Origin: Asterias rubens
Taxonomy: Eukaryota
Direction of reading: 5' to 3'
Assembly (NCBI RefSeq): GCF_902459465.1
Contig: NC_047062.1
Span: forward strand, 31,124,001-31,188,000
Length of the DNA stretch: 64,000 nucleotides
The notes beneath the pieces were generated by a model that worked only from the letters and a program-made list of their open reading frames with translations, was not told where the DNA came from and searched no databases. Positions 12,251-24,219 of this stretch are shown here, piece after piece; positions within the stretch are counted from its first letter, which is position 1; each line of letters opens with the position of its first letter. The position numbers and the translations under genes were made by a program.

Positions 12251-13888
12251 TTATGATTCGCGGGAAACACACCTTGGCGAGAGAGAAGGTAGATGACCGA
12301 AGTCTCGGCTACTACTGCTCTGTACACCACCACCGTCTGGCCTGCCGTATAAACTGCTCAGATCCCCGGGGGAGAGAGACGCTTGCCCTTCCGTCCTCCT
12401 CCTTCCCCGTACCTCGTGCAGATCCACATAACTGACCTTGCTGCTGTCGTTTTCAGCTTCCTTTAGCTCAGTCGGGGCCTTCTGAACATGCAACACCTCC
12501 ATGCTTCGACTGAGATGCGATAGTTTGGATAGATTACTGACCTCTTTGGCTGTTGTTGGAGGGTGGGGTACTAAGGGTTGGGTGACGGTCAGTAGGTGGA
12601 GAGTGTCTGAAGACGTAGACAGTCTGGTCGACAGGACACTGTCGAAGCTCTTGCTGAATGTGCTTGCTCGGTTCGTGACATTGGCTGACATGGGACGTCT
12701 ACTGGAGTGGTTCGAAGCGATTGGGTGATGCACGTGCTTGTATACATTATGGTTTCTCTCGTAATGCGATGGTACATCCGTGCTACCAATGGTCAGCTTG
12801 GGCTGGGAGTCAGAGAGCCGAGTTGGTTGATGAGCCTTCTGTCCACCAAAGACCAACTCTTTTTCGGGAGTTTCTGGACTTTGTGAATCCGCACGTCCAT
12901 ACTTAGGAGAACCGGTGTCCTCCGAGGATGATCTTTGACCTAGACCTTGGATTCTCTTGGACAGGCCCTCCAGGCTCATGTGATTGCATTGTTTGATGTT
13001 CTGCATACTACCGGTGTGCGTGTGGGTGCATGATGATGACGCCACACTCGTGGATTCTGAGCTTGTGGACCCGTCTGAGTCGCCAGACGGGAGAGCTACC
13101 ATCGAGGAAAACTCACTCTTCTTGTTCCTGTTTGGACTGATGGGATCCCGCTTTGGTAGCATTCTTTGGGAGTCCTGCCCCTCAGCCAAGTCGTGTAGTG
13201 AGCCTTGCGTAGCGGTGCGAGGACGTGCTTGGATCGCTTCCACGTCCGGGGTGGAGCAACCCGCCTCCCTGGCCCAATCGATAGCAGTCATGTTATGAAC
13301 GTTATCCCGTGTGTATAAGCACGCCTTGGCCTTCTGGGCTAGAAGCTGCGCGCACGCAGCATAGCCATTCCTTGCGGCAACCATTAGGGGCGTCATCCCC
13401 TCAGCGTTCATCTTATCAACGTCTAATCCAAGACGTCGAAACGACTTCGAGAGGAGCTCAATACCATCCGTGTTATCATTCATTGCGCAGTACATCAACG
13501 GCGTGTTGCCGTTCTTATCCGGCAAGTTGGGGTCAACGTTGTTCTTGACCAACTTCTTGATGACGTCGTTGCACTTGTGCTCACAGGCGTAGCTCAGCGC
13601 CGTCCTGCCGACGTTGTCGGCCAGGTTCACGTCGGCCTGGTATTTGAGGAGGAGATCCACGGCCTTGGCACGGACACCAGGCTCGTCGATTCTGACGGCC
13701 CGGATCAACGGCGTCTTGCCGTGGGTGTCGCGGGAGTTGACCACGGTGTGGCTGTCCACGGCGTCCAGAATGAACTTCGCGAGGTGGATCTTCCCCTTGA
13801 CTACGGCGTCGTGGATCGCCACACCGCCGGAGACCTGCCCGAGGCTGCTCCGGCGATAACGGTCGCGTACGGACGGCATGTGGAGCAT
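12251..13888 (-). CDS. ANKRD63: Ankyrin repeat domain-containing protein 63-like, single coding exon, 545 aa
   Basis: Long open frame; first ATG at 13888 (the track's start at 13921 is TTG). N-terminal ankyrin repeats (GKTPLIRAV, GRTALSYAC, GNTPLMYCA, GMTPLMVAA). Motifs GKIHLAKFILDA and SFRRLGL match vertebrate ANKRD63 as I recall it (GKVHLARFVLDA, SFRRLGL). Long Ser-rich disordered C-terminus. Confidence 0.88.
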   Translation of the reverse strand: MLHMPSVRDRYRRSSLGQVSGGVAIHDAVVKGKIHLAKFILDAVDSHTVVNSRDTHGKTPLIRAVRIDEPGVRAKAVDLLLKYQADVNLADNVGRTALSYACEHKCNDVIKKLVKNNVDPNLPDKNGNTPLMYCAMNDNTDGIELLSKSFRRLGLDVDKMNAEGMTPLMVAARNGYAACAQLLAQKAKACLYTRDNVHNMTAIDWAREAGCSTPDVEAIQARPRTATQGSLHDLAEGQDSQRMLPKRDPISPNRNKKSEFSSMVALPSGDSDGSTSSESTSVASSSCTHTHTGSMQNIKQCNHMSLEGLSKRIQGLGQRSSSEDTGSPKYGRADSQSPETPEKELVFGGQKAHQPTRLSDSQPKLTIGSTDVPSHYERNHNVYKHVHHPIASNHSSRRPMSANVTNRASTFSKSFDSVLSTRLSTSSDTLHLLTVTQPLVPHPPTTAKEVSNLSKLSHLSRSMEVLHVQKAPTELKEAENDSSKVSYVDLHEVRGRRRTEGQASLSPGDLSSLYGRPDGGGVQSSSSRDFGHLPSLSPRCVSRES

Positions 13889-13963
13889 GGTATTCCAATG
13901 AGAAGAGACCTTTGCAATCAAAAAATATCTTGTGATATTTCTCCTTTATTCCTGTTTACACGG

Positions 13964-14248
13964 CAATCCAGAACTAAGTTCCCATGATTGTTGCTGGAAC
14001 AAAAACGCTACCTTACACCACAGTTCTGCGGACATTTCCGCGTTCCAATCGAATAATGTACAGCAGCGATTGAAAACTGTTTCAACCCGCACTCGATTAG
14101 CAAAATGATATCCAGGTTTCGCAAATAATCCAGAACTAAGTTCCTATGATTTCTGCTTCAATGTGGAACAAAAACGCAACCTAACATCACAGCACTGCGG
14201 ACATTCCACGTTCCAATGGAATATTGTACAGCAGCAATTGAAAGCTGA
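13964..14248. repeat. ~162-bp tandem duplication immediately upstream of the ANKRD63-like ATG
   Basis: aatccagaactaagttcc...ggaacaaaaacgc...ctgcggacatt...gttccaat...tgtacagcagc.attgaaa occurs twice. Confidence 0.85.
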
Positions 14249-14784
14249 TTATCGTAGTTTTCTTCAGCAGCGCATGTTTGTATCTCTGGAAAAATGCGCT
14301 TCACAAGTCTTACTTGTTGTTATTGTTATTATTATTATCTGCAGTCGATGACCAAAATGGTATTCAGGTTTTCACAAATATTTTATATAATTTGGTGAAC
14401 AACCCCCACTTTACTCCACTTGCCCAAATCAAAAGTAGCATCTGTGTTCATGACATGCGGGTATTATACTCACAGTGGCCGACTCTCTCTATAAATTACA
14501 ATCCAATTCCACTCCAGACAGAATTCGATTTCGAACTTTGATACACGGCTGACAAAATATTCCAAAGTTGCTACGCAGTTTGATGGAGACTCAATATTAT
14601 TACACTATGAGTCAGGAGATAATTTGGAATCAAAGCAGCTCACCAATGATTTATGAAGCTGGTTGCGTTGTAACATCGCAATGTCCTCAAACCAAAATGT
14701 TGATCATGGAAACCGTAGCAACCACAAATCATGCCTTCCCAATCATACACCGAAGGTGACTCCCCATCCAGTAGACGTACTAAA

Positions 14785-15055
14785 ATGATAGTTTACATGT
14801 AAAGGACAGTTTGCCCGTCATCTCGAAGTTGACTTCAGCAGATGTATATAAAGTCTCCCTCTCCAAAAGAAACTTGCCGATGTACTAATGTTTCAGACAG
14901 CTTGCAACACTATGATAATTACATGTAAAGGAAAGAGCGCCCGTCATACCAAATGTGCCTCCAGCAGATGTGTAAACCCACTCACTGAAAAACAAATGAC
15001 AGATGTCTTCTCATCACGATTGTTTTCAAGCAAGTTGCAACACTATGAAAATCAA
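14785..15055. repeat. Diverged ~135-bp tandem duplication
   Basis: ttacatgtaaagga...gcccgtcat...cagcagatgt...ttgcaacactatga occurs twice. Confidence 0.7.
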
Positions 15056-15611
15056 ATGCAACGATAAGTGTGCGATTGGTGAGATTGGATACAGCATTCC
15101 ATACACTCGACGTTCAATCCATGAAGCGATTTCCCTGTCCTAAGGCCATGCATAACGGTTTGCATTTAAAGAAGGAGTTCACAATCCATTGGTGAAGTTT
15201 AACACGATCATATGCTCCTTCCATCGTGACCAATGTGGAAATACACGTCGGTCACTCTACGCACGCTGCACTACTCTCAACTCCTCTCAACCTAGTGTGC
15301 TCCTGACTGTATTAATATTCAAATGAATGCTTAAACAATCCCTTGCATATTATTCAATCAGATGATGCAGTATTGGGGTCCCGCTAATAGCAATTACCCA
15401 AACCACGATCATCAGAGTCGATACTCATTGATGCAGAGTTCCGGTAAACACGGTATCTACTTAATAAATAGATGTTTGCGATTGTTGATGGATGCCGTGC
15501 ATTAGCCCGTCCGTCCCGCAGCTGTGGACGACCACACGCTGCACTTCCAACGGAATCATCACAATTAAAATCACGACGTTATAGAAAGCTTTGCCCTCGT
15601 GAGGTTTAACA

Positions 15612-16030
15612 ATCGGTATACGGAGAACGTCGGTATACGGAGCACTGTCGTAACACGGAGCCTGTCGTTTGATACGGTGAATTGTCGGTTAACGATGAAC
15701 TGTCGGCATATACGGTGAACGTCAGTATAGACGGACACTGTCGTTATATACGGAATACCGTCGGTATACACGGAATAATTGTTGGTATACGGAGTAATGT
15801 CGGTATATACGGAGTATAAGTGTCGGTATGTACGGAGACTTAACGGTATATATACAGAAACTTGGCGTGTATACGGAGACTTGTCGTTATATACGGAGTA
15901 CATGTATTGCTGTATAGGGAGGCTTGTCACTGAGAACTGTCGGTATATCGGAGCTCTGTCAGTTATGACGGTGAACTGTCGGTATATACGGTAAACTGTC
16001 GGTATGTAGGGATAATACACGGTAAACTGT
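15612..16030. repeat. Degenerate ~20-bp minisatellite (tgtcggtatatacgg core)
   Basis: About 20 diverged units. Confidence 0.85.
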
Positions 16031-16032
16031 CA

Positions 16033-16245
16033 CCCCGCATCTGGAACTCTCTGCCTCAACATCTCAAGGACAAACATGACATCTCACGATTCCAACACTC
16101 TCTCAAAACCCATCTCTTCAGATTAGCCTATATGCAGATTATGAGTGAAGTTTTCTTCTTGTTCTTTGTACAGCGCCTTTGAATGTTTTACAGATTAAGT
16201 GCGCTTTAAAATTGCTGTGTTATACACAGCATTTTATTATTTTAC
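16033..16245 (+). mobile_element. L2/CR1-group LINE 3' end
   Basis: 16033-16131 translates PRIWNSLPQHLKDKHDISRFQHSLKTHLFRLAY, the typical L2 ORF2 C-terminus (WNxLP...FK..LKTxLF), followed by gtacagcgcct...gcgcttt and a ttattatt tail. Confidence 0.75.
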
Positions 16246-16811
16246 AACCATCCTACATTTAGCAAGGGGCCCTTGCTAAACTGCTCTCGTGTGAAAGGGG
16301 CTTTAAGTTTAATGAGAAATACACACATAATTTGTCTTGTTGAAAAACACAAATTGTAAAATAAAAAAATTACTCAAAAAACCCGGATGCAGCCTCAAAA
16401 AAGGGTGAGGGAGGTGCCGAACAACTAGTATTTATTTTCCTTTGGCATTTATATAAGCCATGGTATAATTTCCCAGCGGGTACAGAGAGGAGACTATACG
16501 CTAAAACACAACCACCCAGGGTTTGACATGGTTTGACTAATTAGTATTCCTTGCACTGTCGTTATGTAGGACGCGAAGAGGCACCAAATGGCGGACTCCT
16601 ACACTTGAAGACACTAGAAAACGTGTTGGCTTACTCCGTACACTTCATCCTTACTCTGAGTCCATCTATGTACTAATTATCATACGACATATCGCATATA
16701 CACCACTCTTAGGATACAGCAGTTTCTACTATGTGCATGATTCGTATCATTCACACCACAACTTAAATATCAAAACAAGATGGTGCTAAATAGAAAGGAA
16801 AAAAAGCTTTC

Positions 16812-17130
16812 TTAAAGACACTGAGCACTATTGGTAATTGTCAAAGACCAGTCTTCTCACTTGGTCTCAGCGTATGCATACAAAACAAAACTGTGAAGAT
16901 TTGAGCTCAATTGGTCGTCGAAGTTGCGAGATAATAATGAAAGAAAAAACACCCTTGTCGCACAAAGTTGTGTGCTTTCAGATGCTTGATTTCAATACCT
17001 CAAAATCTAATTCTGAGGTCTAGAAATCAAATTCAAATATTTTAGTGGAGAACTACTTCTTTGTCGAAAACTTCGTTATGTCAGAAGGAGCCGTTTCTCA
17101 CAATGTGTTATATTATCAACAACTCTCCAA
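16812..17130 (+). mobile_element. Family A Kolobok-type element, 3'-truncated
   Basis: ttaaagacactgagcactattggtaattgtcaaagacc...; similarity stops near 17130. Confidence 0.8.
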
Positions 17131-17158
17131 TGGTCGGTCACAATTAGGTTGTTTGTGG

Positions 17159-17567
17159 TTACAAGGGATCACCGATAACCTTTAACAGAATTGGTAAGAA
17201 CAAACAATCGTCAAACGGATTTACTTAAAACTTACACGGTCTATGATGATGATAGTAGAAAACATACTTTAAATTATTTCTGTCTGAAATGTCATATTTA
17301 ATGAGAAATAATTCAAACTAATTTCCCGCCAAGTTCCCGAGTTTATCGCTCAGTCAGGCGGCGTTTTAATCATGTTTTGTTTAAATCGAGATGTCATGCA
17401 AAATGTGTTATCGGTTTTTCACTATTTTATATGTGACCCAGATGGCTGATCGATCCCAAACTTGTACATGTTTGTCAGTTTATGTATATGGCGGAATACA
17501 TTAAGTGCTTACACTGCCAGCACATGTTTTGTTTAACAACAACAAAACATCTGTAACGGTCCTTTAA
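17159..17567. mobile_element. Different TTAA-ended element (Kolobok-type)
   Basis: Ends gtaacggtcctTTAA; left end ttacaaggga is degenerate. Internal text is similar in style to the other TTAA families. Confidence 0.5.
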
Positions 17568-19035
17568 ATAAAATAAAAACGCTTGACCCAAATTCTGACG
17601 GCAGCCCGTTGGCGACTTGAACGTGCATTTAGAATCTGCGCAGTGCAATCAATAAGTCTATATAAACAGCCAAAATCGCAGTTGCACCAGTGTGTACAGT
17701 TCGAACTCTATGCTATGTATGCAAACCAACTCACAAGTCATCGATTGTGTGTGAATAACCGTACCAAAGTAATACCCACCAACGAAATAGTGCTGCTGCT
17801 AGGGGGGCACCTTGCTCCATTTACCCCGTGTGTTCATGTCTAATTCACCCTGCTGGTTTATTTTATCGCACTTTTATGTTTAGCATCCGGTTAATGACTT
17901 GATAGCTGATAATAAATCGTGTTGCTCGTAATAACAACTGTTTGGAGTTCTTCTTCATTATAACTTTTTCAGAAAACAAACCCGGATTGTATTCTTTGTC
18001 AACTTATTTGGCGTATGTCTTTAACCAAGCCAGAAGAGGGCGCTCTTTAGGACTAAATTTTTAAACCAAAACTCAACATTTCTGAGTCAGAATATAAATG
18101 TTCACAGATTTAAACACAACTTGCATGATATAAAAATGATCATAGTGGGAAAACTTCAGATCAATAGCTCTACCTGAAATGACATGGTTAAAAATGAGTA
18201 AAATATTAATTCGGGTCTCGTGAGTCCGATCCCAAACTCGATGTTTGGTTGAAAACTTTCACATGTTTTTTAATTCACGCATAGTATAGGCCTAATGTTG
18301 GTTCACATAAACTGTTACTGGACATCGACCGGTAAAACAAACATCAATTTAAGTCTGAAATTTTACTGATTACATGAAATTCATCGTTAACGATTTAATA
18401 TGAATTATTTCGCACTGATATTAATTTGCTCTTTTTTTTTGGTTCACACAACGAATTTAAACATTTCAGAGGTTTGTCCTTTATCTATGGCTTAATGTAC
18501 ACATGTACCTGGTTGATAAAAAAAAAACCATGCGCACTGTATGCGAGTAAAGATGAAGAATGAAATTTGCCAATTCTGCTCAGCTTTGGTTTTCAAAGTA
18601 TTGTGACTTTTGTTCCCTTGAACAAAGAGCAAAGTCTGTAACATAGCAGAAGGTCACGGGCTGCAAGTCTCGGTAAAAATTGATTTAAGTATTTATGGAA
18701 ATCTATACATATCAAATGTTTTCCTTTTTATTTCAATGGTCGTTGAGGGGATGCCATGAAAGAAATTCTGAGAGTTTTTGTTTGGATTTTCAAGAAACTG
18801 ACTGTACTGTTCATGGAGGAAACTTCATGAACATCAAACATCCGTACATGTACACATCAACACCTAGTGGGAAATGAACTTGGATAGTCCAAGGTCATTC
18901 TTTGATCTCACAGACAGAAACGTCATCAATTCCTAAAACAAGGTTCAATGCCATGCAGCATCGCAAGGTCATCGACTCTTCAAAAGACTTTCAGAATTAC
19001 AACTAGCTTCAGTAGTTTTCCCCACTCAAAAGTGT

Positions 19036-19414
19036 TTAAAGGCAGTGTACACTATTGGTAATTGTCAAAGACTAGCCTTCACAGTTGGTGTATCTCAACA
19101 TTATGCATAAAATAACTAACCTGTGAAAATTTGAGCTCAATCGGTCATCGGAGTTGCGAGATAATAATGAAAGAAAAAACACCCTTGTCACACAAAGTTG
19201 TGTGCGTTTAGATGATTGATTTTGAGTTCTAAATCTGAGGTCTCGAAATCAAATTCATGGAAAATTACTTCTTTCTCGAAAACTATGGCACTTCAGAGGA
19301 AGCCGTTTCTCACAATGTTTTATACCATCAACCTCTCCCCATAACTCGTAACCAAGAAAGGTTTTATGCTAATAATTATTTGGAGTAATTACCAACAGTG
19401 TCCACTGCCTTTAA
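19036..19414 (+). mobile_element. Family A Kolobok-type element, full copy
   Basis: TTAA|AGGCAGTGTACAC ... GTGTCCACTGCCT|TTAA. Confidence 0.88.
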
Positions 19415-20038
19415 CAATAATTAAGTTTACCGTCTTTCTATTAAACCTTAGGGACTGTCTGAGAATAATGGAAACTTAAAAGACCATGTCACATGAGACA
19501 GTTTATGGGCATTCAGCTGCAGGCTATCTACAAGAAGGAAATTCATCCACATTTCAATTTTCTCATTATTGGGGATAGTTCATGAACCTAGAAGAATATT
19601 GTGCTGTCGCAATAGTCCTCTGGCACTGATTGTGGTTGCCTAGCCACCAAGTGACATTACATACTGAAAAAAAAAAAAATTGATGTGTTGTGCAATGCAA
19701 GTTAAATGTCACAAGTACACAGTGATAGGCCATTTTGAAATATAGTGGACGAATAACTATAACACCTTTTGGTATGGGTAAATTTGTCTGAATATTTTCC
19801 CAAACCAGTACACTTCTATATAGTGTCCACCATGCCTCAGCAAGGCTAATGAGAAACCTGGCCGCTCAGCCTGAGGTGCAAACAATAGGTGGCGCCCTGC
19901 TTATGTAACCCACCCGAAAAACCGAGTCGCATCACCTGCAACTGGATTACATCAGGTGGAGACAAACAACTAACATCCCCACTTGTGAATAAATCAAGTT
20001 GAAAGCGGAGCTGGGGATAGGACCACCACTTCAGTATT

Positions 20039-20221
20039 GGGTGATCCATGGGTGATCCATGGGTGATCCATGGGTGATCCATGGGTGATCCATGGGTGAT
20101 CCATGGGTGATCCATGGGTGATCCATGGGTGATCCATGGGTGATCCATGGGTGATCCATGGGTGATCCATGGGTGATCCATGGGTGATCCATGGGTGATC
20201 CATGGGTGATCCATGGGTGAT
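20039..20221. repeat. Perfect 11-bp minisatellite (gggtgatccat) x~16.6
   Basis: No variant unit seen. Confidence 0.98.
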
Positions 20222-20771
20222 AGAGCTCCGGTCCGGTTATGAATACAACAAACATCATTACATCATTACATGCATCTGTTTTCTGGACATAGGTTCGTAC
20301 CAGTCTGAGCAGTATATCGAGGGAGATGCAATAACTTGTGATTAGAAGCCAATGTGTAAAAGAAAACCCCAAAACTGCATGGGCGATCACATTATAGTCC
20401 AAGCCTAAAATGCCCATTGAGTTGTGCCGAATTTGGCACAAACATCATGTATAAACCGAAGGAAATTGGTCCATCTATGGTGTTACTCTTTCGATGCTCT
20501 GGTTTCAATTATTGATGCAGTTCTTGAACTCGATTGAAATCAATGAATGTGTCAAACTCAGACACATATCCTAAGTTAAATCCCCAGGTCAGACTGACCC
20601 AGACTTGGGGCGCTCGCCCCTGGGGCCTGGACTTCGAGTCAATTCTGACCGACCACGCAATGGACGGGTGAATGCCGAAAACGGAGTACACGCCAACATT
20701 TCGTATCGGCCACAGAGAAAACCATAAAGTTTACCCAAGAGAGAGGGCCCACTTCTCTCTGGTTAAACATT

Positions 20772-20932
20772 GGGTGCGTGCGTTCGTTTAGCTTCCCTGG
20801 GTCGACCCCGGTGTGTGGCGGTTTTCTTTTTCCAGGACGAACGTGGGTAATTATCTGCACACGTTCGTCCTGGAAAAAAAAAACCGCCACACACCGGGGT
20901 CGACCCATCAGGGAAGCTAAACGAACTCACCC
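20772..20932. mobile_element. Hairpin MITE
   Basis: About 70-bp arms gttcgtttagcttccctg..ggtcgaccccggtgtgtggcgg..ccaggacgaacgtg and its reverse complement around a short loop. Confidence 0.75.
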
Positions 20933-21307
20933 ATAGTACTATGTTTGTATTTATACACAACAATTTTATTACACTTTATATCACAAATTACCCCTCAAAC
21001 TACATGTGTTTACAAAAGTCCATGCCTTATGTTATTTTATCCAGTAAACAAAATTTACGAGCCGCAACTGCGTTTTTGTCCCCTCATTATTTTGGATAAA
21101 CTGAAGCCGGCTTCATTTATCACGCACGATTTAAGATGAATGGACCAGTTGAGAAAGAATTGTTGTTGTTTTGCCTGGCTGGACATCGCCTGCTGGTTGC
21201 ATGTGTATTGGTGAATAGTTACTTTTGTTGGAGACTTGTTGGAGATTGTGAGGATAGCAGTGTCCAGATTTGTATACATGTACTCATTTATTGATTCATT
21301 CTGGATT

Positions 21308-21650
21308 TTAAAAGACATTACAATACAATAAACAAACGACTTAGAAAACAACCAGACTAAGAATTACGAAAAACAGAGTCGTAGAAATGCAAAACGAACA
21401 TCAGCCATGGGATTTCCCAAAAGCGAAGTAAATCACTATCCACTGAGAAGTCTCCGTAGAAACGGTGACTACTGTTGTTTGGTAGCTTTGAGTATAGTCG
21501 CACTCCAGATTTATGTACTGTTTAAAAGACATTTCATTACAATAAACAGAAAACTTAGTAAAACAGCCAGATCAAGAATTGTGAAAAACAGAGTCGTAGA
21601 GATGCAAAACAATAGCAGCACAGGGACTGGCCAAACGAGAAGTGAAGCCC
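21308..21650. repeat. Diverged ~213-bp tandem duplication
   Basis: ttaaaagacatt...aataaaca...acttag..aaca.ccaga..aagaatt..gaaaaacagagtcgtaga.atgcaaaac occurs twice. Confidence 0.7.
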
Positions 21651-23290
21651 AGGTTAGTTAATAAGCAGGGCCCGATTTCATAAAGCCTGTAAGCATAAAA
21701 AATTGCTAAGCATGAAGTTTCTTCCTTGATAAAAACAGGATTTCCAACCAAATTTTCATTTGTTGCATATTGCTTGTTACTGGTATTCAGCTGTTGCTTG
21801 CTTATCTTGAAAATCACGTGTAAAATTGGTTGGTAATCCTGTTTTTATCAAGGAAGAAATTCCATGCAAAGCAAATTGTTGTGCTTACAGGCTTTAGAAC
21901 TGACAAGTCTACCGAATTCCGAGAAAAATCTACTCCATGATAGTAGAATGTGAAGAAAGACAAGTTCTCCAAAGTACATCTATCTGGCAAATAGAGACAC
22001 AAATGGTGTTACCGCAAACCAAACAATATTGATACCTCACCATGCAATGCCTTAAATCCCATAGGCTATACATGCTTGCCTAATAGATGTATTGCCCATC
22101 TGTTCGCATTGGTTTTTACGAAGTACACTGTCTTTTGCTGGTGTACATAATTCCATACCTAAGCAGGTACGGATTTCCACAATTCCAGCATTCACCGAGA
22201 TTCAATCGCATTGGAAACCCAATACTCATCCCTGCTCCAACCTAACAAAAATTAATTTCGTTCTCAAGTTTAACTTTCGCAGAAAAACAATTTTGGCGAC
22301 TACGTCCGTGACGTCAGAGACTCATGGTCGCCATTGCCGAAATGAGTGGCTCGGCAACGCTTTGAGATTGTGTCACATAAAGGAGGCGGGCAACAGACGT
22401 GTATTTGAGCTGGAAAAGGGATACCATGCTCCAGGCTGGCTGTAAAGGACGAACAACATTTTTAAAAGTATTTCTTAAGTGGAAGGGTTCATGGTAAAAA
22501 GGCTGGGCAAATTTTCATAAAGCTACTCAAGAATAATTCCCTGTCTAGCAAAAATGAGCAGGATACCAGTCATAGGTGGTACATGCACATGTAATGCATA
22601 AACAACAGCTCACCCCCCCCCCCCCGGACCAACATGTATGCAATGAATGGGGCAGCGTGATGAGTGAACGGTTTGTGCCAGCAGAGGGCGAGACTTCGAA
22701 CATTGTCTCTTTTTACGCTACATTGTATTTGAACCAAATCTTTTGTCTCGTGTCTTCACTTTATGTAAATGTTGGTGGTGTACTTTATTAAATTACTTCC
22801 CGTACAATTATTTTTTAAAATACTTACAACATTGTTTTTGTTAAGTTAATGTTTTAACATTTTCCTTATTAGCTAAAAAAAAATACATCAAATATTAATT
22901 AGTTTAAGACAAGGTATTTTTCAATTGCGTAGTTTTTGGTGGCGTCCTAAACGAGCCTATGTACATGTACATCAAGCCTTAATTTCGTAACAAATCTTAT
23001 GTACACAAAGAGTCGAACAAATATTTAACATTTTCTGTCAATAATCTGACGTCGTAGAAAGATATACAGGCAGTTTTAAAATGACAAACGCCATTTGGTC
23101 AAAATTCCAAAGAGAAAGTTATTCACGATATGCATTTCAGTACAAGTGTAACGTCACCTTTGTGCTTTCATGAACTGCACATTAAGATGTGTTCGGGCTG
23201 TATCCCGAACACCTAATTACAAAGCATGTAATACATACCATGATCGTTTGATCTGTAATGCTATTTTAAATTTGGGATGTTATCAGCCGG

Positions 23291-23735
23291 TGTCAGATGC
23301 AATTGTGTCCGCCATGCAATACTGTCCACTCCGGACAATTTTGCATATGCAATCGTGTCCGAGGCTACGCAAAAACCGTCCCGGCGGACATGTTCCTGAC
23401 TGTACACTTTGTGCGCGCGTAAGTGATATTCACGTATTTTATGATTGCAGCAAATACCCAACGGCCGAACATTTCCCATGTCACTCATGACATGCACCTA
23501 GCTTGTAAAAAAAATGAAGAACGTGTTCCGTCGACCAAGGGCGTTTAATTTAATGCAAGGACGGTTTTGCACGGGGGCGGACACAACTGCATATGCAAAT
23601 GTGTCCGGGCGGACACAATTGCATTATGCAGCAGCGTCCGGGCGGACACGATTGCATATGCAAAACTGTCCGGCGGACATTATTGCATATGTCCTCCGGA
23701 CAGTGTTGCATAGAGGACATATGTTGCATGCGACA
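23291..23735. mobile_element. Ginger1-type non-autonomous element (TGT...ACA, CCGG TSD) with internally repetitive inverted arms
   Basis: CCGG|TGTCAGATGCAA ... TTGCATGCGACA|CCGG; arms are built of cggaca...ttgcatatgc units in opposite orientations. Confidence 0.7.
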
Positions 23736-24219
23736 CCGGCGATTGTCTTCATGCCTCGGTGCCCTTGAAATGCTCCAGTAAAATTGACAATTTGCTCACA
23801 GGGTGCCCTTTACCAAGGGGTAAATGCCTTGGTGCCCCTGCCCTTTCAAAAACGAAACATACAGGCCTGTCATTGTACACTATTTGGTAATTACCCTATA
23901 ACCTAATGACCATAAATTAGCTTAATATTATAAGGACACGAAGTAGGAGTACTGAGGAGCTGTTAATAGTTTAAAACAACGTGAGAAATAATTCAGCTAT
24001 TTAGTTTTAGCCGAATAAACTCAATGTAGATTCAGAGAAGAAAACAATTCTCCAGAGGGCCATTTTTGAAACCATTAGTTTAATTATAATTATCAACAGT
24101 AGTAAACAGTCAATGGTTTTTCAACAAAACTAAAGGGTGTATTCCTAATAAATTGTCCATCACCAAAACAAGATCAAATCAGAATCATGGTTTATTCTAA
24201 AAGTTATGGTCTTGCATGG

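Noticed and set aside
19846-20441. ORFs with MDHPWITHGSP repeats
   Set aside because: Produced by the stop-free 11-bp array; no splice or homology support.
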